A DNA stretch of 32,000 nt from Ilumatobacteraceae bacterium (GTDB lineage: Bacteria; Actinomycetota; Acidimicrobiia; Acidimicrobiales; Ilumatobacteraceae), in assembly GCA_963698565.1 (NCBI GenBank), contig CAVORH010000049.1, positions 1 through 32,000 of the forward strand, in the 5' to 3' direction. A program made the position numbers and the translations under genes. Position 1 is the stretch's first letter. Every line of letters starts with the position of its first letter. Positions 16,172 to 24,426 of the stretch are shown piece by piece. The notes beneath the pieces are model-generated. The model worked only from the letters and a program-made list of their open reading frames with translations, searched no databases and was not told the origin of the DNA.

Positions 16172-16252
16172 CACGTGAACCTCCTCGCTTTCTTGCATCG
16201 ACTCTCCGCCTCGGCGGCGTCGATGTCGTCCCCCGCCGGCGGTGATCCGCGT

Positions 16253-16305
16253 CATCCCCGAGGGGGATGCGACGCACCAGGGACGATCCCTCGTGAGGGG
16301 GATGC
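16253..16305. promoter_or_regulatory. candidate operator repeats in the divergent hydrolase / sensor-kinase control region
   Basis: There is a perfect 7-3-7 palindrome CATCCCC-GAG-GGGGATG (16253-16269). The 11-mer GAGGGGGATGC occurs twice (16260-16270 and 16295-16305), 35 bp apart. The second copy is preceded by an imperfect partner, ATCCCTC. Confidence 0.4.
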
Positions 16306-17555
16306 CACGGTTGCGGCCTCAGCGGTACTCTGCGCACGTGACCCTCGACTGGCTCCGGCCCGATCGGCGGCAATCTCGCGATCCCTGGTGGTTCGTCGCC
16401 GACACCGCCCTGGCACTGATCTTCGTGTGGATCACGATCGAGTCGTTGACGAGCAACGCCTACGTCGACGAGTTCGGTCCCGTCGAAGGCGCAGGCTGGT
16501 GGCTCGCGATCAGCCCGACGCTGCTGCTCCCGTTTCGGCGCATCGCACCGGTGGTGGTTCTCGTCGCAGCAACGGCGCTCTACATGCTGGCCAGTTCGTC
16601 ACAGGGCGACACCAACGCACTCCTGGCGGTGCCGTTCTTCACCTACTCGGTGGGTATCACCCGTCCCGCTGATGTCTCCGGAGCAGTCGTGGCCGTGGCA
16701 GCGGCACTGCTCTCGACGGTGGTGCTCTACGGCCCGGGCGACCCCGAGTGGCTGGCGCTCCCGGTGACGACGATGCTCGTCGGCGTCGGGTGGCTGGTTG
16801 CCCTCAGTATCCGCCACAACCAGCTCCGCGCCAACCGTCTGGCGATGGAGGCGATGAACCTGCGCCACGAGCAGGACCTGGTCGCCGAGCGCGCCGTCGC
16901 CGACGAGCGCGTACGGATCGCTCGCGAACTGCATGATGCGGTCGGCCATGCCGTCAACGTGATGGTGTTGCACGCCGGCGCGGCGCGCCTGGCCACCGAC
17001 GACCCCCGCACCGTGGCGGCGCTGCGAGAGATCGAGAACACCGGCCGGGCGGCGCTGACCGATCTCGATCACATGCTCGGTCTCCTCCACGCCGATGTCG
17101 ACGCGCCACTCGAGCCGATCCACGGCTCGGCGGACATCGGTCGGCTCGTCGCGGAGATGCAGGCCGCAGGGGCGGACGTCCATCTCGATCAGCGATGCGA
17201 GCTGCCGACCGACCGCCGAGTCGGCATCGCCGCGTACCGGATCGTTCAGGAGGCGCTCACGAACGCGATCAAACACGCCGGACCAGCCCGCATCGATCTG
17301 ACCCTGTCCAGCGCTGGAGGCGAGCTGGAGATCCTCGTCGTCGACGATGGTCGTGGCGCGACCGGGCCCCGTGGAACCAGCGACGGGCGCGGCATCGTCG
17401 GCATGCGCGAGCGCGCCAGCGTGCTCGGCGGTCGGCTCGACGCGCGCCCCGGCCCCAACGGCGGCTTCATCGTGCGAGCGGTGCTTCCGCTCGACCAGCG
17501 ACACCCGACGCCGCTGACCCGTGCCGACCACGCATCGGCCAAGGCGGCGCAATGA
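16302..17555 (+). CDS. sensor histidine kinase, HisKA_3 (NarL/DesK/LiaS-type)
   Basis: The phospho-acceptor box ERVRIARELHDAVGH is present. HATPase_c motifs are QEALTNAIKHAG, DDGRG and GRGIVGMRERA. There are four to five N-terminal transmembrane helices. The start is ambiguous: 16242, ATG 16302 or GTG 16338. Confidence 0.85.
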   Translation: MPRLRPQRYSAHVTLDWLRPDRRQSRDPWWFVADTALALIFVWITIESLTSNAYVDEFGPVEGAGWWLAISPTLLLPFRRIAPVVVLVAATALYMLASSSQGDTNALLAVPFFTYSVGITRPADVSGAVVAVAAALLSTVVLYGPGDPEWLALPVTTMLVGVGWLVALSIRHNQLRANRLAMEAMNLRHEQDLVAERAVADERVRIARELHDAVGHAVNVMVLHAGAARLATDDPRTVAALREIENTGRAALTDLDHMLGLLHADVDAPLEPIHGSADIGRLVAEMQAAGADVHLDQRCELPTDRRVGIAAYRIVQEALTNAIKHAGPARIDLTLSSAGGELEILVVDDGRGATGPRGTSDGRGIVGMRERASVLGGRLDARPGPNGGFIVRAVLPLDQRHPTPLTRADHASAKAAQ

Positions 17556-18253
17556 CCATCCGTGTCCTGATCGCGGACGACGACCAACTCGTGCGGACCG
17601 GTTTGCGCATGATGATCGAGACCCAGTCCGACCTCGAGGTCGTCGGGGAAGCAGGGGACGGACGCCAAGCGGTCGACCTGGCGCGTCAGCTCCGTCCCGA
17701 TGTCGTTCTGATGGACATCCGCATGCCCGTGCTCGACGGCATCGAAGCCACACGAGAACTCGTGGCGTCGACACCCGCCGAAGAGCACGGCGAAGGACCA
17801 CGAGTGCTCATCTTGACCACGTTCGAACTCGACGAGTACGTGTACGAGGCGGTCCGTGCAGGAGCGAGTGGGTTCCTGTTGAAGCGGACCCCGCCGGAGG
17901 ATCTCCTGGATGGTCTCCGGCTCACGGCCGCCGGCGATGCCCTGCTCGCACCCTCGGTCACGAGGAAGCTGATGGGTGAATTCGCGCGCGCGACCGCCGG
18001 CCCGACATCGGTCGGCGCCGACCGCGAGCACCGGTTGGAACGACTCACCGACCGCGAGCGCGAAGTGCTCGTCCTGATGGCTCGGGGACGCTCGAACCGA
18101 GAGATCGCCAGAGACCTGTTTGTCGCCGAGAGCACGGTCAAGACCCACGTCAAGCGTGTCCTGATGAAGCTCGACCTCCGCGACCGTGTCCATGCGGTGG
18201 TGTTCGCCTACGAAACGGGCGTCCTCCACCCCGGCGACACCGACTCTGCCTGA
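17552..18253 (+). CDS. response regulator, NarL/LuxR family
   Basis: ATG 17552 overlaps the kinase stop (ATGA). The receiver domain (VLIADDD, DVVLMDIRMP) and a C-terminal LuxR HTH (LTDREREVLVLMARGRSNREIARDLFVAESTVKTHV) are present. Confidence 0.92.
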   Translation: MTIRVLIADDDQLVRTGLRMMIETQSDLEVVGEAGDGRQAVDLARQLRPDVVLMDIRMPVLDGIEATRELVASTPAEEHGEGPRVLILTTFELDEYVYEAVRAGASGFLLKRTPPEDLLDGLRLTAAGDALLAPSVTRKLMGEFARATAGPTSVGADREHRLERLTDREREVLVLMARGRSNREIARDLFVAESTVKTHVKRVLMKLDLRDRVHAVVFAYETGVLHPGDTDSA

Positions 18254-18288
18254 GCGAGCCGGATCAGCCTGAACGAACGGTCGGACCC

Positions 18289-18972
18289 GTGCGGTCCGCC
18301 TGTGCCGACCGATCGGAGCGATACGGTGCCGGCGTGTTCGAACTGAACGGCGCAGAGGTCGTCGGTTACCTGGCCTCGGCGCTGGTCGTGGTGTCGTTGG
18401 CGATGACGTCGGTGGTGCGACTGCGCATCATCTCCCTGCTCGGCTCGATCACGTTCGTCGTCTACGGAGCCCTGATCGGCTCGGCTCCGATCCTGATCAC
18501 CAATGCGCTGATCGCCGGCATCAACGTCTGGTTCCTGCGCAAGGAGTTCGCGTCGGGAAGCTCACGGGGCGTGGACCTCGGCGTGTCGCACATCCGCCCC
18601 GACTCACCGTTCCTCGCCGACTTCGTCGCGTTCCACCTGGTCGACATCCATCGGTTCCAACCCGACTTCCACCTTCCCGACGGGGATGACGTGGTCACCC
18701 TGCTCCTCAACCGCGACGGACTCCCCGCCGGGTTGCTGATCGGACGCCGAACCGGGTCGACGCTCACGATCGACCTCGACTACGTGCTCGGCCCGTACCG
18801 CGACTCACGCATCGGGCGGTGGCTCTACGGCCCCGGCGCCGCGGTGTTCCGAGCCGACGGGATCGACGCACTTCGCAGCGCCGGCACCACCGACACCCAT
18901 CGCAAGTACCTCGAGCGTGTCGGCTTCCGCGCCGCACCCAACGACCCCGACCTCTACGAACTCACCCTCTGA
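18289..18972 (+). CDS. membrane protein: 3-TM YgjV/SemiSWEET-like N-terminus fused to GNAT-like C-terminal domain
   Basis: Three hydrophobic helices occupy residues ~25-85. The C-terminal half ends with the GNAT-like pattern ...DLDYVLGPYRDSRIGRWLY...HRKYLERVGF. The start codon is uncertain. Confidence 0.55.
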   Translation: MRSACADRSERYGAGVFELNGAEVVGYLASALVVVSLAMTSVVRLRIISLLGSITFVVYGALIGSAPILITNALIAGINVWFLRKEFASGSSRGVDLGVSHIRPDSPFLADFVAFHLVDIHRFQPDFHLPDGDDVVTLLLNRDGLPAGLLIGRRTGSTLTIDLDYVLGPYRDSRIGRWLYGPGAAVFRADGIDALRSAGTTDTHRKYLERVGFRAAPNDPDLYELTL

Positions 18973-18983
18973 GCACCCCCGCC

Positions 18984-19044
18984 CACCCCGTTTGCGCGCA
19001 ACTTCGGGTGGACCGGGCCACCCGAACCGCAACGCAAACGGGAT
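18984..19044. repeat. ~60-bp nested-hairpin intergenic repeat, copy B
   Basis: The outer stem pairs CCCGTTTGCG (18987-18996) with CGCAAACGGG (19033-19042). The inner stem pairs TTCGGGTGG (19003-19011) with CCACCCGAA (19018-19026). It shares ACCCCGTTTGCG, ACTTC..GGTGG and CGCAAACGGG blocks with copy A. Confidence 0.85.
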
Positions 19045-19049
19045 CGAGC

Positions 19050-20417
19050 TCAGGCGATGACGGGAACCGACTCCATGGCCTCGGCGATGGCGGAGTCGGG
19101 CAGGTCGTAGTCGACCATCTCGCCGGACAGGTACTTCTCGTAGCTCGCCAGATCGAGGTGGCCGTGACCGCACAGGGCCGTGAGGATCACCTTCTCCTCG
19201 CCGGACTCCTTGCACGCGAGCGCCTCGCGGATCGCCGCGGCGATCGCGTGCGTCGGCTCGGGTGCGGGAACGATGCCCTCGGTGCGGGCGAACTGCAGGG
19301 CACCGGCGAAGCACTCACGCTGCGGAATGGCGATCGCCTCGACGAGACCCTCGTTGTACACGTGCGACACGAGCGGGCTCATCCCGTGATAGCGCAGCCC
19401 ACCCGCATGGATCGGCTCGGGGATGAACGTGTGACCGAGGGTGTGCATCTTCATCAACGGCGTCATGCCGGCGGTGTCGCCGAAGTCGTAGCGGTATTCG
19501 CCCTTCGTGAGCGTCGGGCATGCCGCCGGTTCGACGCACCGGATCGTCGGGTTCATCTTCCCCGCCAGCTTCTCGCGCAGGAACGGGAACGCCAGACCGC
19601 CGAAGTTGGACCCGCCACCGGTGCACCCGACGAGCACGTCGGGCACCTCGTCGACCTTCGCCAGCTGCAGCAGCGCCTCTTCGCCGATGATCGTCTGGTG
19701 CAACAGCACGTGGTTCAGCACCGAGCCGAGCGCGTAGCGGGCGTTCGGGTCGGCGACGCACATGGCCACCGCCTCGGAGATCGCGATCCCGAGCGAACCG
19801 GGATGGTCCGGGTTCTCGGCGAGCAGCGAACGGCCGAACTCGGTGAGCTCCGACGGACTCGGGTGCACCGTGGCACCCCAGATCTCCATCATCGTCTTGC
19901 GATACGGCTTCTGGCGATAGGACGCGGCGACCTGCCAGACCTCGCACTCCATCCCGTACTGCGACGTCGCGAACGCCAGCGCGGTCCCCCACTGCCCGGC
20001 ACCGGTTTCGGTGGTCAGCTTCGTGATGCCTTCCTGATGGTTGTAGTACGCCTGCGGCACGGCGGTGTTCGGCTTGTGCGACCCGGCCGGGCTGACGCCT
20101 TCGTACTTGTAGTAGATGCGCGCCGGGGTGTCGAGCAACTCCTCCAACCGACGGGCTCTGAACAGCGGGCTCGGCCTCCACAGGCGGTACACGTCGAGCA
20201 CACCGCCGGGGATGTCGACGTACCGCTCGGTGGTGACCTCCTGCTCGATCAGCGCCATCGGGAACAGCGGGGCGAAGTCGTCCGGGCCGGCCGGCTGGTG
20301 GGTGCCGGGGTGCAGCGCCGGCGGCGGCGAGGTCGGCAGGTCCGCGACCAGGTTGTACCACTGGGTCGGCATCTCGGACTCCGAGAGATGGATCTGGTGC
20401 ACAGGTGAGGAAGCCAT
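19050..20417 (-). CDS. trpB2: TrpB-like PLP-dependent enzyme (tryptophan synthase beta chain 2 family)
   Basis: The N-terminal extension [13 protein letters not shown]...[11 protein letters not shown] is characteristic of TrpB2. The PLP-lysine motif [17 protein letters not shown] and GGGSNFGG are present. Length is 455 aa. Confidence 0.9.
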   Translation of the reverse strand: MASSPVHQIHLSESEMPTQWYNLVADLPTSPPPALHPGTHQPAGPDDFAPLFPMALIEQEVTTERYVDIPGGVLDVYRLWRPSPLFRARRLEELLDTPARIYYKYEGVSPAGSHKPNTAVPQAYYNHQEGITKLTTETGAGQWGTALAFATSQYGMECEVWQVAASYRQKPYRKTMMEIWGATVHPSPSELTEFGRSLLAENPDHPGSLGIAISEAVAMCVADPNARYALGSVLNHVLLHQTIIGEEALLQLAKVDEVPDVLVGCTGGGSNFGGLAFPFLREKLAGKMNPTIRCVEPAACPTLTKGEYRYDFGDTAGMTPLMKMHTLGHTFIPEPIHAGGLRYHGMSPLVSHVYNEGLVEAIAIPQRECFAGALQFARTEGIVPAPEPTHAIAAAIREALACKESGEEKVILTALCGHGHLDLASYEKYLSGEMVDYDLPDSAIAEAMESVPVIA

Positions 20418-20472
20418 GATCAGCCAACCGTAGTCAGGTACGTTTCAATCACGCCCAGACGAACGAGGATTG

Positions 20473-21486
20473 ATGGGACTGTTCCGCAAGAAGAAGACCA
20501 CCGCCGCCGCCGACCCGGTCCAGGAGGAACTCGACGCGCTGAAGGAGCGGCTGGCTGCCGCTGAACGAGCGAAGGCCGACCTCGAGGGACGATTGAGCGC
20601 ACTCGACGGAGCCAACGCCGCCCTGGCCGATCGGATCAAGACGCTCGACGAGGCGAGCGCCCACCTCGACACACGCCTCGGCGCGCTCGACCAGGTGAAC
20701 GGGCGCCTCGACACACTCGATCAGGACTTCAGCCTGCTGGCCGACCAACTCGGTTCGCTCAACGCGACGAACGAACGGATCGGCCAACGGTTCGTCGCCA
20801 TCGACGATCTCGACGCCCGCCTGCGTGAGCTCACCGACCGGTTGAACGCGCCTGCGCCCACTCCGAGCCCGCCGCCACCGAGCCCGCCGCCACCGGCTGC
20901 GGCGCCCCCGCCTCCGCCGCCGCTGACGGTCGAACCGACCGTCGACGACGAGCGCCTCGACGACATCGCGACGCGGCTCGATCTCCTCGCAACGGCCGTG
21001 GCCGCGCACACCGAGAGCCTGGCGACGACAGAGCTTCGCCTGGCGGAGATCGACGAACTCAACGAGTTGCTCGCTGCCGCCGGAAGTGACGAGGACGAGA
21101 CCGACGAGATGGTCGCGCTCCACCAGCAACTCACCGACATCACCGAACGCGTGAACGGCATCGACACACGCGTCACGAGTGTCTCGACCGAACTCGCCAA
21201 CCAGCTCACCGAGTTGAGTCGTGACATCGACGAACTGAACCGCCGTTCCCAGGAGGCCGCCGACGCTGCGGCGACCGCCGGCGAAGCCGACGGTGAGCTG
21301 TCACGCGCTGCCGAGATCGACACCGCCGAGATCGAGGTGCGCCTGGCCGAGCGGCTCGACGCCGCCATCGACGACGTACTCGACACCACCGAGCGCCTCG
21401 CCGCCGAACAGGCCCGCTACGAGATCCAGTTCCGCGCCGACCTGGCCGAACTGGCCGAACGCCTGCGCCGACCCCACGCCCAGTGA
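20473..21486 (+). CDS. coiled-coil protein with central poly-proline hinge
   Basis: Heptad-like L/A/E/D/R-rich sequence flanks SPPPPSPPPPAAAPPPPPPL. That hinge is encoded partly by a 15-bp tandem duplication at 20865-20894. I preferred ATG 20473 over TTG 20470. Confidence 0.7.
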   Translation: MGLFRKKKTTAAADPVQEELDALKERLAAAERAKADLEGRLSALDGANAALADRIKTLDEASAHLDTRLGALDQVNGRLDTLDQDFSLLADQLGSLNATNERIGQRFVAIDDLDARLRELTDRLNAPAPTPSPPPPSPPPPAAAPPPPPPLTVEPTVDDERLDDIATRLDLLATAVAAHTESLATTELRLAEIDELNELLAAAGSDEDETDEMVALHQQLTDITERVNGIDTRVTSVSTELANQLTELSRDIDELNRRSQEAADAAATAGEADGELSRAAEIDTAEIEVRLAERLDAAIDDVLDTTERLAAEQARYEIQFRADLAELAERLRRPHAQ

Positions 21487-21489
21487 CCG

Positions 21490-24414
21490 TCAGGGCTGGT
21501 TGATCAGGATCTCCAACGCGTCGGCGATCAGGCTGCGGGCTTCCCCGACCTTCTCCTGGTAGAGCCCGAGGTCACCGTCCTGCAACGCCGCCTCGGCATC
21601 GGCGAAGGCCTGGTCGGCGTCGTTGAGCAGCGATGTGGGATCACCAGTGGCGATCTGCACACCGGGATCGGTGACGGCCGGATCGACATCGCTGCCGTCG
21701 TCGGGCTCGGTCGGCTGGGCGATCTCCTCACCGAGGTCACCCCGGAAGCCCGGGAACAACCGGGCCAGAGCCTCGCCGACGGTCGGCTCGAGGACGGAGC
21801 GATCGTTGTACGAGACGATGACCGCGCGGTACTCGGTGACCGAGCCGACGTCGCCGGAGTTCTGCGGAACCGACACGTAGTACGGCCGCACGTAGATCAG
21901 GCCGTCGCCGACCGGGATCAACTGGAGGTCACCGAAGCGAACCTCGGAGCCACCTCCACCGACGTTGTCGAGCGAGATCCTCCGGGAGATCGCCTCGGTC
22001 GACTCGGCGTTGCCGGCCACCCGCAGCGGACCGTCGGGCAGGTTGCCGTTGGCGTCCTCGACGATGTAGGTGGTGAGCTTGCCGTAGCTGTCCGGATCGC
22101 TCGAGGCCGTCATGTACGCCTGCAACTGCGTACGTTCGTCGTTCGTCGAGAACGGCACGAACGGCCGCAGCATCACGAAGTTCTCCTCCGAGGGTTCGCC
22201 CGGAGCGCTGGTGTCGAACATCGTGTAGTACGGGATGAACCGATCGGAGTTCGACTCGGTTGCGAAGGTGTTCTCGGCCGCAGTGTTGGTGCCGTCGGCG
22301 GTGACCGGTCCGCCGGCGTTGACCACCAGCTGCGATGGCTCGGTGCCCGGAGCCTGCGCCACCGACCAGGCGTTGCCGTCGCGCTGGAAGAACAGCGCCG
22401 GGTCGATGCGGTACTTCGAGTAGACGTCGGTCTGGATGCGGAAGAGATCCTCGGGGTAGCGCAGGTGCTGACGCAGCTCGTCGGGCATCTCGCTCAGCGG
22501 CGTGAACAGGTCGGGGAAGGCCCCGCGCCACGCCTGCAGGATCGGATCCTGCTCGTCGACGACGTAGAACGTGGCCTCGCCGGTGTACGCATCGACGACC
22601 GCCTTCACGCTGTTGCGCACGTAGTTGTCGTTGTCGCTCAGGCCGGACTGCGGCGAGCGCTGCACGTCACCGATGCGTTGGCCGTACGGGTACCGAGTGG
22701 TCGTCGTGTAGGCGTCGGTGACCCACACGGCTCGTCCGTCGATCGCCACGGGGTACGGGTCGGCGTCGTAGGACAGGAACGGCGCCAGCTTGCTGAGCCG
22801 GTCGTTGACGCCCCGCACCCACAGCATCTGCGAGTCGGGGTTGATGGCGCCCGACCCGAGCACGTTGTAGTCGAGGAAGGCGAGCGCAAAGGCGGCGCGA
22901 CGGGCGAAGGAGTTCATCTCGACGCCGTTGGTGCCCTCGTACGCATGCGGCTCGGCGCACTCGCGCTCGGTGGACTCGCTGTTGGCGATGGCGTAGCCGG
23001 TGAGGATCGGGCTGAAGTACAGCTCGGGTCGGGCCAGCTCGACGGTGCGGTAGTCGGGACGCTGGTTCTCGAGCACGCGTCCGGTGGGTGCCATCACCAG
23101 ACCGCACCCGCGGGTGTTGATCAGGTGCAGGCCCTGCCAGCTCTTGTTGGTCACGCCGCTGAGCTGGAGTTCGCGGGCGGCGATCAACACCTCTTCGGGC
23201 TCGGCGCCGTCATCGAGCACGTAGCGGTCGACATCGAGGTCGTCGATCGTCAGGCCGGCGACCTCGCCACGGTCGACCAGGAACCTGGTCTCCATCTGCG
23301 ACGGGTTCAACAGGCGCACGTTCTCGAGCGGCGCCAGGTTGTCCTCGACATCCTGCGCCGAGAGGGTCTGGAAGTCGACCGTGCGGACATCGACCTCGGT
23401 CAGCCCGAGCGACTCACGCGTCGCCGTGACGTTGCGCTCGATGTACGGCTCCTCGCGGACCTCCTGGTTCGGGTTGACGACGAGCGCCTGCACCACGGCC
23501 GGATAGATCAGCCCACCGACGATCGCGATCACGAGCCAGAGCGCCGAGGCGATGAACGGCAGGCGGAACGACCCGGTTCGCACCACCGACAGGTACAGCC
23601 CGGCGGTGAGCAGCGCAATCAGGATCAGCAACATGATCGCCGGCAGCTGCGCATTGACCACCGAGTACGTGGCGCCCTGGACGATGCCCCGCTCGGTGTT
23701 GGTGATCGCATACCGATCGAGCCAGTAATCGCCCGCCTTGACGACCGCCAGCACCGCGAGCAGCACGGCGAGGTGGGCCTTGGTCGCCTGGCGTACCACC
23801 GGCACCGGCGACACGAACACCACTCCGCCGTTGAGGATGTGGGCAGCGGCTGTCAGCAGCAGCACGACGATCAGCGACGCGAAGAGCCAGTTGAGCACGA
23901 ACGACAGGAACGGGAGCTGGAAGACGTAGAACCCGACATCGGCGCCGAACTGGGCGTCGGCGATACCGAACTCTCGGGCGTTGCGGAACAGCAACCAGTC
24001 CTGCCAGAGCGCCACCGCCGGCAGCGCGAGCAGCAGCGCGAAGATGAGCGCGATGCCGTAACGAACGAGCCGGAGACGATGCCCGAAGACATCGTGGAAG
24101 CGCTCGACATATGGATGCACGTTCGCGGGGAACGTGTCCGGAGCGACCCGATCGGCGATCCACAGGTTGATGCCCGCAATCAGGGCGAAGAGCCCGAAGA
24201 ACACGCCGAACAACGTCAGCTTGGCGGAGATGACACCCCAGAAGACGTCCTCGCGTCCCAGCGATTCGTGCCACAGGTAGTCGACGTAGAACCGGGCGAT
24301 CGCCCGGCCGAAGATGAGCACGAACAGGAACAGCCCGCCCAGGACGATGAGTACACCGCGACCCGTGAAGCGGCGACGGGGACGATCGATCGAGATCTCA
24401 GAGCTGCGCGCCAT
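21490..24414 (-). CDS. UPF0182 family membrane protein
   Basis: The protein is 974 aa. The N-terminal polytopic region has the signature FYVDYLWHESLG. A large extracytoplasmic C-terminal domain follows. Size and layout match the actinobacterial UPF0182 family, of which Rv3193c is my recalled example. Confidence 0.88.
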   Translation of the reverse strand: MARSSEISIDRPRRRFTGRGVLIVLGGLFLFVLIFGRAIARFYVDYLWHESLGREDVFWGVISAKLTLFGVFFGLFALIAGINLWIADRVAPDTFPANVHPYVERFHDVFGHRLRLVRYGIALIFALLLALPAVALWQDWLLFRNAREFGIADAQFGADVGFYVFQLPFLSFVLNWLFASLIVVLLLTAAAHILNGGVVFVSPVPVVRQATKAHLAVLLAVLAVVKAGDYWLDRYAITNTERGIVQGATYSVVNAQLPAIMLLILIALLTAGLYLSVVRTGSFRLPFIASALWLVIAIVGGLIYPAVVQALVVNPNQEVREEPYIERNVTATRESLGLTEVDVRTVDFQTLSAQDVEDNLAPLENVRLLNPSQMETRFLVDRGEVAGLTIDDLDVDRYVLDDGAEPEEVLIAARELQLSGVTNKSWQGLHLINTRGCGLVMAPTGRVLENQRPDYRTVELARPELYFSPILTGYAIANSESTERECAEPHAYEGTNGVEMNSFARRAAFALAFLDYNVLGSGAINPDSQMLWVRGVNDRLSKLAPFLSYDADPYPVAIDGRAVWVTDAYTTTTRYPYGQRIGDVQRSPQSGLSDNDNYVRNSVKAVVDAYTGEATFYVVDEQDPILQAWRGAFPDLFTPLSEMPDELRQHLRYPEDLFRIQTDVYSKYRIDPALFFQRDGNAWSVAQAPGTEPSQLVVNAGGPVTADGTNTAAENTFATESNSDRFIPYYTMFDTSAPGEPSEENFVMLRPFVPFSTNDERTQLQAYMTASSDPDSYGKLTTYIVEDANGNLPDGPLRVAGNAESTEAISRRISLDNVGGGGSEVRFGDLQLIPVGDGLIYVRPYYVSVPQNSGDVGSVTEYRAVIVSYNDRSVLEPTVGEALARLFPGFRGDLGEEIAQPTEPDDGSDVDPAVTDPGVQIATGDPTSLLNDADQAFADAEAALQDGDLGLYQEKVGEARSLIADALEILINQP

Positions 24415-24426
24415 TGGCGCCGAACA

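Noticed and set aside
14639-16672. 677-aa + strand ORF
   Set aside because: It lies antisense to the alpha/beta-hydrolase gene and then out of frame through the kinase 5' region. It has no motifs and an extreme R/G/H/E composition.
18268-18300. Small hairpin CGGACC-cgtgc-GGTCCG overlapping the 18289 start codon
   Set aside because: It is only a 6-bp stem in GC-rich DNA, which is expected frequently by chance. It is not reported as a feature.
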